In this document: piece by piece, positions 27,972 to 36,015 of the stretch | How positions within the stretch are numbered: position 1 is the first letter of the stretch | Layout: each line of letters starts with the position of its first letter | Source of the DNA: Spirochaetia bacterium | GTDB lineage: Bacteria; Spirochaetota; Spirochaetia; SP-2023 | DNA: 64,000 nt | Direction of reading: 5' to 3' | Assembly (NCBI GenBank): GCA_965263295.1 | Contig: OZ253665.1 | Location: 288,001 to 352,000, forward strand | Made by a program: the position numbers and the translations under genes | The notes under the pieces: model-generated | What the model saw: the letters and a program-made list of their open reading frames with translations, nothing else | Databases searched by the model: none | Told to the model about the DNA's origin: nothing

Positions 27972-29690
27972 TTACTGTGGATAATCGGGAGTAGGCGGGG
28001 AGATAATATTTATAGGAATTTCATAAATGTCTTCCGCAATAGTATTTTTCTCAATGATAAGTTTGAGAGTATATTTTTCGGTACTAAGACTAGGAGGCCA
28101 TTCAAATTGTATTTGATTTTTATTCATAATAAAATTATTATATATCCCAGGTGATTTTGGGGAGTTGTAGAAAATTCTGATAGTAATACTAAATTCTTTC
28201 TTACTAAGATCTTGCAAGGTAGTATCTGCATCTTTAAAATCAATTTCAAAGTGCAGTTGCTCATTTTGATATATTTTAGAACCATTGATCAATTGAACTT
28301 GTTTAATTTCATTCTCTTTTCCTTTTACATGATTTAGTGTAACAGGAGGCAGGGGGATGACAGTTATATTAGTTTCAAAAATATCTTTCGCAATGATAAG
28401 TTGGAGAGTATGTTTGCCGGGAGATAATTGGCAGTTAAATTCTATTGTATTTCTTTTTTTTATTTGACCTTCCCATTTTTCTCGGAAAGAAGATTCTTTT
28501 TTTTCAGAAAAGAGAGTAATATCATTTTCTTGTTTTTGATCTTCAAGTTCTTGTTTTTGATCTTCAAGAAAATTTTCCAAGGTAGTCTCTGGATCTTTAA
28601 AATCAATATGAAATTGCAGTTGATCCTTTTCATGTATTTGAGAGCCATTGAGCAATCGAACTTGTTCAATTTTATTCCCCTCTCCTTCTACACGAATTAG
28701 GGAAACAGAACGACTCCCTTCTTCAGAGGATTTTTTAGTTGTGGGCTTTTCTGTGGGTGGCACAGGAGTCTCAGTTTCGGGCTTTTCTTCGGTTTCCGTC
28801 TCCGCCTCTACAGTCTTAGTTGCGGGCGTGGCCTTGCCCGATTGAGATTGGCCCTGTTTGGGTTTTTCTGTGACAGGAGTACCGCTTGACTCTGTTGGGG
28901 CCGGGGTCTCTACAGTCCCTTCCTTTTCGACTTTAGCCTCATCACCTTTTACACGAGTTAGGGAAACAGAACGACTCCCTTCTTCAGAGGATTTTGTCTC
29001 AGTTGTGGATTTTTTTCTGGTTTCCTTCTCTGGCTCTACAGCCTTAGTTGTGGGCGTGGGCTTGCCCGCTTGAGATTGGCCCTGTTTGGGTTTTTCTGTG
29101 ACAGGAGTACCGCTTGACTCTGTTGGGGCCGGGGTCTCTACAGTCCCTTCCTCTTTGACATGGTCTATGGGTCCATGTTCAGAAAAAACTTGCGAGATAG
29201 TTTCTGGGTCCAGATTACAGGCGCTTCGCATTATATTAGAATTAGGTATCCACAACTTGGCGACGATTTGTAGTTCTATTCCATTTTCCCGTTCAATTTT
29301 TTGCTGTATTTCTTCTAGCAGTTTTGACGGCAGTGCATCCGGCAGAGTGAATTGTTTGACATCCTGACCTTGCTTTGGCCATTCTATCGGTTTGTCTTTT
29401 ATCCTCAGACCCCAAGAAATGATACAGTCTCGCCAGATAAGCGGGGCCACGATGGGCTCATTGAGATTACTATCGTAGACGAGCTCGTTGTCTTTTTTAA
29501 TTTGGTCGACGACATAAACCGAACTTGTGTCAGCCTTTAGCTTAATGCGAAAGACATTTTCACTCTTGGGGCTTTCTCGGTGTTCTGCAGTATCATTGCA
29601 GCCTGCGAGCATTAGGAAGGTCCATATATATATATATATATATATATATGGTGATTTAGGGAAACGAAAATAATTTTTTTTGCGCGGCAT
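27972..29690 (-). CDS. Repeat-rich putative surface lipoprotein
   Basis: AGGAGG RBS; basic N-terminus; lipobox LMLAG-C; duplicated P/T/E/K-rich linkers; two homologous AT-rich C-terminal domains (QVRLLNGSQI...HIDFKD / QVQLINGSKI...EIDFKD). Confidence 0.8.
   Translation of the reverse strand: MPRKKNYFRFPKSPYIYIYIYIWTFLMLAGCNDTAEHRESPKSENVFRIKLKADTSSVYVVDQIKKDNELVYDSNLNEPIVAPLIWRDCIISWGLRIKDKPIEWPKQGQDVKQFTLPDALPSKLLEEIQQKIERENGIELQIVAKLWIPNSNIMRSACNLDPETISQVFSEHGPIDHVKEEGTVETPAPTESSGTPVTEKPKQGQSQAGKPTPTTKAVEPEKETRKKSTTETKSSEEGSRSVSLTRVKGDEAKVEKEGTVETPAPTESSGTPVTEKPKQGQSQSGKATPATKTVEAETETEEKPETETPVPPTEKPTTKKSSEEGSRSVSLIRVEGEGNKIEQVRLLNGSQIHEKDQLQFHIDFKDPETTLENFLEDQKQELEDQKQENDITLFSEKKESSFREKWEGQIKKRNTIEFNCQLSPGKHTLQLIIAKDIFETNITVIPLPPVTLNHVKGKENEIKQVQLINGSKIYQNEQLHFEIDFKDADTTLQDLSKKEFSITIRIFYNSPKSPGIYNNFIMNKNQIQFEWPPSLSTEKYTLKLIIEKNTIAEDIYEIPINIISPPTPDYPQ
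28689..29152. repeat. Intragenic tandem duplication (about 230-260 bp units)
   Basis: 83-nt identical block at 28842-28924 and 29070-29152; a second near-identical block at 28689-28733 and 28950-28994. Confidence 0.9.
29624..29649. repeat. (AT)13 microsatellite inside the lipoprotein signal peptide
   Basis: 26 nt of alternating AT, encoding YIYIYIYI. Confidence 0.95.
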
Positions 29691-29714
29691 ATGCCTGCCT
29701 CCTCAGGTTCAAAA

Positions 29715-29746
29715 TAGATATCCCATAGTATCCCATAGATATCCCA
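29715..29746. promoter_or_regulatory. Triple direct repeat TAG(A)TATCCCA upstream of the lipoprotein gene
   Basis: tagatatccca tagtatccca tagatatccca, 10-11 bp period, 25-55 bp upstream of the start codon. The repeat is seen directly; the regulatory role is inferred. Confidence 0.45.
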
Positions 29747-30012
29747 AGGGGCGGATAAAGGTGGCGAAAATTGAAGTAAAAATTGGATAGGCAAAATGCC
29801 GCAGATATTTACTTTACATTTGTGATGTATTTTTCATTTTCCGATGAAATACTATTTTGAAATATTGTTTAAAATTTGCTTGCAATATTTCTTGCTTGCG
29901 ATCTTATTTATACATATATTCTATGTTTTAGTAAATAGTTTTTGCATAAAATTATTATTTTTTATACTTTGATGATTTTGCCTGTTTAATCGACCCTTGG
30001 ACCAGGCATGCA

Positions 30013-30189
30013 TTGGCCGGCTTGTCGGCAGAATGTCGTTTATTTGGCCGGTTATATTTTTTGCCTTCAGCTCGCTGCTCTGCCTAATATTTCTGTGGCC
30101 GTTTTGCAGCTTGTGCGGCACATGGTGAAACGTGGCAAAACTCAGCCGGCCAAGATAGCCGGTGCTGATCGGTGCGAAAGCCCCGGCCC
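30013..30189 (+). pseudogene. Degenerate nfeD duplicate, left part
   Basis: Aligns by eye to 32214-32388 (ttggccggcttgt...tcagctcgctgct...actcagccg.ccaa.atagc...gctgatcgg...gaaagccc.ggccc), with indels. Confidence 0.8.
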
Positions 30190-30229
30190 GGTTCTTCCTC
30201 CAGATAAAACGTTAAGCAATGAGATGCTC

Positions 30230-30258
30230 TTGAAGAAAGTGAAACAAATTTATACAAT
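30230..30258 (+). promoter_or_regulatory. sigma70-type promoter of the inserted cassette
   Basis: TTGAAG (30230-35), 17 bp spacer, TACAAT (30253-58). Confidence 0.6.
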
Positions 30259-30270
30259 GCCAAATAATAA

Positions 30271-30358
30271 CAGCCTCGGCAAACTGAGGGAAAGTCAGGA
30301 CAAATAGCTCCCGTTCAGGGTGCGGGGGAGCCAAAGCAACTTGAGCAAAGTCAGGCTG
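30271..30358 (+). ncRNA. Candidate structured leader RNA
   Basis: CAGCCT...AGGCTG closing stem; hairpins CCTCGG-CAAA-CTGAGG and GCTCCC...GGGAGC; imperfect direct repeat ending AAAGTCAGG twice; GC-rich patch within AT-rich DNA. Confidence 0.4.
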
Positions 30359-30401
30359 CTAAAGGTTGTGCATAAACTTAGAACACTTTTGTTGGGTAAA
30401 T

Positions 30402-30728
30402 GTGGACAATAACGAGACAAGAGTAGCGTTAGCGCGCTTGGAACTAAAACGCCAGACAAGGCAGTATATTCTGTATGGTTTTCTGGCTTTGGCTTCCGTT
30501 ATTGCTATAGCCGTAGTTTCTATCTATCTAGTACCAAGTATTGCAGGAAGAAAGACAGAATTCCTCGCGAATGTTAATATTTCTATGGCATTCTCTTGGC
30601 TGGTATCCGGGGCTTCTATGATGTATGGACTAAATCAAAGAGGACAAAGGAAAAAGGACAATAAACGGTTAGGTAGGCAGATACAGTTATTGAAAAGTCA
30701 ATTACAATCAAAGGCAGAGAATATATGA
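30402..30728 (+). CDS. Hypothetical two-TM membrane protein with basic coiled-coil tail
   Basis: GTG start (an alternative TTG is at 30366); two hydrophobic segments; ATGA overlap with the next gene. Confidence 0.7.
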   Translation: MDNNETRVALARLELKRQTRQYILYGFLALASVIAIAVVSIYLVPSIAGRKTEFLANVNISMAFSWLVSGASMMYGLNQRGQRKKDNKRLGRQIQLLKSQLQSKAENI

Positions 30729-31255
30729 ATAATTTAATCGTTTTAATGAACCTAGTGATATTGGCAATAATAGTATTCTTAGTTCATCGCGCTGTAATAG
30801 ACAAGTACATATCTGAGCTGCAAATATTACAGAATGACCTGTTTATACATGCTTGCCAGCACCATGAATTAAACAGCGAGAGCTTTTTATTCATGCAAAG
30901 ACAGATAGAACTGCATATTGAAAAAGCCGAGATACTTACTTTTGGTTTTATGCGTGATTTACATAAATTCTATAATAAACATACTATAATAATTGAAAAA
31001 CCTTCTCTGAGCCTGGAGTACGATAAAGGGTTTAAACAACTCAATTTTCGGACTATTGATTTAATGGTTTTGAGAGCCCCCCTACTGTGGCTAATGATTA
31101 TACCAGCTTTTATATGGGCCATTGGATACTTAGTATGCAAGGCTATGAAAGCCGATGGTACTTCGGGTAAGGGATCTATTCTTAAGGAAGCCATATATAG
31201 CCAAGTCTCTAACCGTTGTGTTCCCGAATACGAAAAGCTAAATATGGCTGTCTGA
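30725..31255 (+). CDS. Hypothetical membrane protein (TM, helical domain, TM)
   Basis: 176 aa AT-rich ORF, translationally coupled to the upstream gene. Confidence 0.7.
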   Translation: MNNLIVLMNLVILAIIVFLVHRAVIDKYISELQILQNDLFIHACQHHELNSESFLFMQRQIELHIEKAEILTFGFMRDLHKFYNKHTIIIEKPSLSLEYDKGFKQLNFRTIDLMVLRAPLLWLMIIPAFIWAIGYLVCKAMKADGTSGKGSILKEAIYSQVSNRCVPEYEKLNMAV

Positions 31256-31338
31256 GATAACCATACTGTAGTAATCACCTCTCGCAGTTTTAGAATCGTG
31301 CCAGTGCTGCAAATGTTAGCGGTGGGGGGGAGAACTCT

Positions 31339-31407
31339 GGCCCTCGCGGATATCCCGGAGCTGGAAGGCAGGCTATGACTTCCGATGCCGAGCGGTTGAC
31401 ATCAAGG
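31339..31407 (+). pseudogene. Degenerate nfeD duplicate, right part
   Basis: ggccctcgcggatat...ggctatgacttccgatgccgagcggttgac matches nfeD 32384-32485 (ggccctctcggatat...ggttatggcttccgacgccgagcgattgac). Confidence 0.75.
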
Positions 31408-32090
31408 TAATCCCTCAAAGAGGATTATCCCCTAAATACCTGAATATAGAAGGGGGATAAGCATAACGACTTGAGAGCTAGATATCATGCCAACGCTTTG
31501 CTACTCTGCTATCTGAGGTAGTTTTGTGGGGTCGTTGGCGCCTCCCGTCTCGTCCTGTGTATTCTTTAAACGAAGAGAATTTTTTTTCAAATTGAAAGGC
31601 CCTTAACAAACACACGCATTCGTTTAGATGATTGCCATATGAATCCACTTCAAGCTCATTCATTATGTTCATTTTTCCAACTTTTCCTCCTGGCACAGCC
31701 GATAGAATCTATACATATTTAAATCTATCTTATTCAGTCTATTTACAGATAGCGAGATAAGATTTGATAACTACACGGGGGAAGCTAAAGACCAGAAACT
31801 CCCTCCTGCTTGCAAAAGGATAATGTAGAAATGGCGCTAGGTTATATGGCAAATACTCACTTTTAAAAAAAACTGAATAAATTATAAGTCTTTATATCAG
31901 TATTATAAAAACAGTTTATAATATATGTATTTAATTTTTGTCTATACTTTTGTTTGGGTTTGCTGTCGGGGCCAGTCGGGACAAAGTCTTGCGGAAATGT
32001 GATACATCCATATATTGCAATGTTGTCGGCAATGTTGTCGATATTGCCAATAATTGTATGATGAAATTTATGGAAGTGGAGCCCCGTTTT

Positions 32091-32585
32091 ATGGTCTTTG
32101 ATTTGTACTTGTTGACCCACCTGTGGTTGTTGTGGATTGCTCTGTTAATTTTGTTTTTAGCTGCGGAAGGTATATCGCAGAATTTTATTACCATTTGGCT
32201 GGCTTTGGGGGCTTTGGCCGGCTTGTTGGCGGAGCGGCTGTCATTGTCGTTTACTTGGCAGGTTGTATTTTTCGCCCTCAGCTCGCTGCTGTGCATAATA
32301 TTTTTGCGACCGTTTTGTATGCGTGTGCTGCATAGTAAGACTCAGCCGACCAATATAGCGGCGCTGATCGGCCAGAAAGCCCAGGCCCTCTCGGATATTC
32401 AGGGGAGTGAAATAGGGCAGGCGAAAGTGGGTAGCCAAATCTGGAGTGCGGTTATGGCTTCCGACGCCGAGCGATTGACGCCAGGCGAAAAAGCAGTTGT
32501 CCGCGAAATCCGTGGGGTCAAGTTGGTTCTGGCAAAAGAACCGGACGCAGGAGAAATTGCGGGCAACAGCGAGCCGAGTTCCTGA
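32091..32585 (+). CDS. NfeD family (short, YbbJ-like) membrane protein
   Basis: TM bundle, then an OB fold (LIGQKA...GQAKVGSQIWSA...VVREIRGVKLVL). Upstream of the SPFH gene. Start set at the ATG at 32091 with GGAG upstream. Confidence 0.88.
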   Translation: MVFDLYLLTHLWLLWIALLILFLAAEGISQNFITIWLALGALAGLLAERLSLSFTWQVVFFALSSLLCIIFLRPFCMRVLHSKTQPTNIAALIGQKAQALSDIQGSEIGQAKVGSQIWSAVMASDAERLTPGEKAVVREIRGVKLVLAKEPDAGEIAGNSEPSS

Positions 32586-32688
32586 CTAGGCAAGTCAAAA
32601 TATTTGTAGTAATATGATTTAGACTTAGGAATGCCAAAAACGCAGGCACATTTGTTGTACTGGTTGTTTTTTGTAAAAAGGAGTTTTT

Positions 32689-33573
32689 ATGAGCGTTATT
32701 GCCATAATCCTGATTTTGATTGTGCTGGTTCTGGTATTTGCCAACCTGCGCATTGTCTCTCAGTCAAATTCGTATGTATTGGAACGCCTGGGATCTTATC
32801 TGTGCAACTGGGAGCAAGGCCTACATTTTAAGATGCCCTTGATTGACCGCATTGTGGCCAAGGTATCGCTCAAGGAACATGTGGTCGATTTTGCCCCTCA
32901 AGCTGTGATTACCAAGGACAATGTGACAATGCAGATCGATACGGTGATTTTTTATCAGATCACTGACCCGAAGCTGTTTGTCTACGGTGTTTCCAATCCG
33001 CGCACGGCTTTGGAAAACCTCTGTGCCACTACGCTGCGCAATATTATCGGTCAGCTGGAGCTTGACGACACGCTTAGCTCGCGCGATGTGATCAACACGC
33101 GAATGCGCACAATTTTGGATGAGGCCACCGATCCTTGGGGCATTAAAGTCAACCGTGTGGAAGTTAAGAACATTCTGCCACCTGAGGATATTCAGAATGC
33201 AATGGAAAAGCAGATGCGCGCGGAACGCGAACGCCGCGAACAAATCTTGCGGGCTGAAGGTCAGAAGACGGCGGCTATTTTGGAGGCGGAGGGTAAGAAC
33301 AAAGCTGTGATTCTGCAAGCTGAAGCCGACAAAACGGCAAAAATACGCCGTGCCGAGGGAGAAGCCGAGGCTTTGTTGCGCGTACAGGAGGCCACGGCTA
33401 AAGCTATCGGCTTGATTAAACAAGCCGCACCCGATCGCGGTTACCTAGCATTGAAGAGCCTGGAGGCCATAGGGACTCTGGCGGATGGCCAGGCGACCAA
33501 GATCGTGGTACCTGCGGACATGAAGGATCTCTCCGCCTGGGCGGTCTCGCTCAAGGAGCTGGGCCACAGCTAG
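32689..33573 (+). CDS. SPFH/Band 7 (QmcA/stomatin-like) protein
   Basis: VLERLG, QAVITKDNVTMQID, WGIKVNRVEVKNI, MEKQMRAERERR. Confidence 0.95.
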   Translation: MSVIAIILILIVLVLVFANLRIVSQSNSYVLERLGSYLCNWEQGLHFKMPLIDRIVAKVSLKEHVVDFAPQAVITKDNVTMQIDTVIFYQITDPKLFVYGVSNPRTALENLCATTLRNIIGQLELDDTLSSRDVINTRMRTILDEATDPWGIKVNRVEVKNILPPEDIQNAMEKQMRAERERREQILRAEGQKTAAILEAEGKNKAVILQAEADKTAKIRRAEGEAEALLRVQEATAKAIGLIKQAAPDRGYLALKSLEAIGTLADGQATKIVVPADMKDLSAWAVSLKELGHS

Positions 33574-33582
33574 AATGATTAG

Positions 33583-33646
33583 ACCAACAAACTAATTAAA
33601 CGGCAGCGACAGCTCGCTGTCGCTGCCGTTTAATTAGTTTGTTGGT
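33583..33646. repeat. Perfect 31-bp inverted repeat with 2-nt spacer (probable terminator or cruciform)
   Basis: accaacaaactaattaaacggcagcgacagc-tc-gctgtcgctgccgtttaattagtttgttggt, 10 bp after the SPFH stop. Confidence 0.92.
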
Positions 33647-33685
33647 GACTGTGGTCAATCCAAGCATGGTGGCCAGAATACTTGC

Positions 33686-33714
33686 TTGTCGATTCATAAT
33701 CGACGTGCTATAAT
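33686..33714 (+). promoter_or_regulatory. dapF promoter with overlapping palindrome
   Basis: TTGTCG, 17 bp spacer, TATAAT with an extended TG. GTCGATT-CAT-AATCGAC palindrome at 33688-33704. Confidence 0.6.
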
Positions 33715-33746
33715 TTCGAGGAAAAACTCACTGAGGAATTCTTTAT

Positions 33747-34706
33747 ATGCAAGCTGCGGATTATTTTCGTTATCACGGCTTGGGCAACGACTATCTGGTC
33801 ATGGACCCGGCCTTCACAGGGGTGCCGATTAACAAGGAAACTGTTCGGTTGATCTGTCACCGCAATTTGGGTGTCGGTTCAGATGGCATTTTGTACGGGC
33901 CACTGCCCAACCCCAAAAGTAGTGCGCCAGATGGGCCGCGATATTTCCAGATATGGAATCCGGACGGTTCTGAGGCTGAAAAGAGCGGTAATGGGATCCG
34001 CATATTTGCCCAGTATTTGCTTGATCAAGGCTATGAGCAGGGGCCGGGATTTTTGCTGGAAACTTTGGGGGGCCGGGTCCACGTTGAAGTCGTGGATGAT
34101 AAAAAGCACATTCTGAAGGTGCAGATGGGCTATGCGACCTTGCATGCCGAGGAAGTTCCCGTGGATGTGGAACAACTGAGTTCTCACAATACGAATGAGC
34201 GCGGTGAAGTGGTGGCCTTGACCTTGGAGGCCGGCAAGCGCGATTTTACGGTAACCTGTGTCAGTATAGGCAACCCGCATTGTGTGGTGATTGACGATGG
34301 AGGCCGGGAGGGTATCTCGGCCGAAGAAGCCCATATTTATGGGCCTTTGATTGAAAATCATGCGGCATTTCCCAATCGTACCAACGTGCAGTTTTTGAGA
34401 GTTCATGATAAGAATACGATACAGATTGAAATATGGGAGCGGGGTGCCGGCTATACTTTAGCCTCTGGTTCAAGTAGCTGTGCCGCGGCGACTGCCGCGT
34501 GGCGCAATGGGCTGGTTGAATCGCCGGTGCGGGTGCGAATGCCTGGCGGTGAATTTAGCATCTCCATTAAGCCGCTAGCTGAAGCAGAAAGTTGCCCGGA
34601 AATTGAGTGGCAATACGCTTGTGCCCGCCTGGAATTGACCGGGCCGGTCTCCGCCATCTGCGGCGGCATGTTCTTGCCGGATTTTAAACAGCAGTTAAAA
34701 CAGTAA
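33747..34706 (+). CDS. dapF: Diaminopimelate epimerase
   Basis: HGLGNDY, GVGSDG, NPDGSEAEKSGNG, GNPHCV, FPNRTNVQF, WERGAGYTLASGSSSCA. Confidence 0.93.
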   Translation: MQAADYFRYHGLGNDYLVMDPAFTGVPINKETVRLICHRNLGVGSDGILYGPLPNPKSSAPDGPRYFQIWNPDGSEAEKSGNGIRIFAQYLLDQGYEQGPGFLLETLGGRVHVEVVDDKKHILKVQMGYATLHAEEVPVDVEQLSSHNTNERGEVVALTLEAGKRDFTVTCVSIGNPHCVVIDDGGREGISAEEAHIYGPLIENHAAFPNRTNVQFLRVHDKNTIQIEIWERGAGYTLASGSSSCAAATAAWRNGLVESPVRVRMPGGEFSISIKPLAEAESCPEIEWQYACARLELTGPVSAICGGMFLPDFKQQLKQ

Positions 34707-34740
34707 GTTACAATTCATTGATTCACTCTCAGGAGATGCT

Positions 34741-35922
34741 ATGGAAGTAATGTATTCCGAGCGCATTAGCGATACAAAGCCGTATCCTTTTGCCGAAATT
34801 GATAAAAAAGTAAGCGATTTGCGCGCCTCTGGGCAGCGAGTGATTGACTTTGGGGTCGGAGACCCCGCCAGTCCAACGCCGGATTTTGTGATTGATGCCT
34901 TGCTCGCAGCCGGTAGGAAGCATGCCTGCACAGGGTATCCGAGTTATATCGGTTCGCCGGGTTTTCGTGAAGCTGCGGCCAAGTATATGAAGGCTACTTT
35001 TGGCCTGAATCTCAATCCCGACACACAGCTCAGCTCGACTATTGGTTCGAAGGAAGCGGTGTTTAACTTCCCTTTGGGCTTTGTCAATCCAGGCGATGTC
35101 GTGATCTGCCCGACGCCGGGTTACCCGGTATATGAGACGGGTACAAGGTTTGCTGGCGCCAGGCCGTATATGGTTCCCCTGTTGCCAGAAAACAACTTTC
35201 TGATTGATTTAAAAGCGATTCCTGTAAAGATTGCGCAAAAGGCCAAAATTATCTGGACAAATTATCCCAACAGCCCTACGGGCGTCACTGCCCCCAAAGA
35301 GTGGCTGGAGGAACTCCTGGCCTGGAGCCGAAAGTACAATGTCATTATTGCCGCCGATGAGGGCTGTTACATTGATATTTATTTTGGCGAGCGGCCGTTG
35401 TCGATTTTAGAATTGGCTGGCGATGCTTACGATGGAGTGATTACTTTTTACTCGCTATCCAAACGCAATAATATGACGGGCTATCGCGCGGGCTTTGTAG
35501 CTGGCGATCAACGTATTATTGATGGCTTTAAAAAGGTTAAGACGAATATTGATTCAGGTACGCCTAATATTCTGCAAGATGTTTCTGCGCTGGCCTTGCT
35601 GGATATGGAGCATATTCGGCAGGTGCGCGAGGAATACCGCGAAAAACGCAAACTTATGATGGCTGCCTTTGAGTTTGCGGGCTTACCTAAAACCCCAGGT
35701 GATGCGACATTCTACTTGTGGCAACAAGGCCGGGCGGAGATGTCTGGCCTGGACTTTGCCGCTAGGTTGCTTGATCTGGGCATTGTCGTGACGGCCGGTG
35801 CAACAATCAGTCAAACTGTAGACGGTAAAAATCCGGGAGAGGATTTTGTGCGCTTTGCTCTCGTTCCTTCTATTGAAGATGTCAAATATGCCGCAGAACT
35901 TATTGAAGAAGGCTTTCATTAG
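34741..35922 (+). CDS. PLP-dependent class I/II aminotransferase, probably a diaminopimelate aminotransferase (DapL/DapC-like)
   Basis: YPFAEID, GVGDP, GSKEAV, NYPNSPTG, SLSKRNNMTGYRAG; in an operon with dapF. Confidence 0.8.
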   Translation: MEVMYSERISDTKPYPFAEIDKKVSDLRASGQRVIDFGVGDPASPTPDFVIDALLAAGRKHACTGYPSYIGSPGFREAAAKYMKATFGLNLNPDTQLSSTIGSKEAVFNFPLGFVNPGDVVICPTPGYPVYETGTRFAGARPYMVPLLPENNFLIDLKAIPVKIAQKAKIIWTNYPNSPTGVTAPKEWLEELLAWSRKYNVIIAADEGCYIDIYFGERPLSILELAGDAYDGVITFYSLSKRNNMTGYRAGFVAGDQRIIDGFKKVKTNIDSGTPNILQDVSALALLDMEHIRQVREEYREKRKLMMAAFEFAGLPKTPGDATFYLWQQGRAEMSGLDFAARLLDLGIVVTAGATISQTVDGKNPGEDFVRFALVPSIEDVKYAAELIEEGFH

Positions 35923-36015
35923 GTTGATTTATTGGTTTTAAAAAAAACTGGGAATATTGCAAACGATAGCTAGAAACGTGTAGCAGTTGCAAGATGCTGT
36001 AGGCAGGTACCGAAG

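Noticed and set aside
27980..28002. Group II intron 3' end (CCCGCCTACTCCCGAT on the minus strand)
   Set aside because: No domain V or reverse transcriptase upstream; the sequence lies within the lipoprotein CDS.
30008..30307. 99-aa ORF as a real gene
   Set aside because: It is mostly out-of-frame decayed nfeD sequence running into the cassette promoter.
30279..30355. Mini CRISPR array
   Set aside because: There are only two imperfect ~20-nt repeats, and no cas genes were seen in the window.
30271..30358. RNase P RNA (rnpB) or canonical c-di-GMP-I riboswitch
   Set aside because: Only short motifs resemble them. The segment is too short for rnpB and has no 3' P4 strand, and the GACGCAAAG junction of the riboswitch is missing.
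31478..31696. 72-aa minus-strand ORF
   Set aside because: It has an AGGAGG but a poorly spaced start and no recognisable features. It may be a remnant; support is insufficient.
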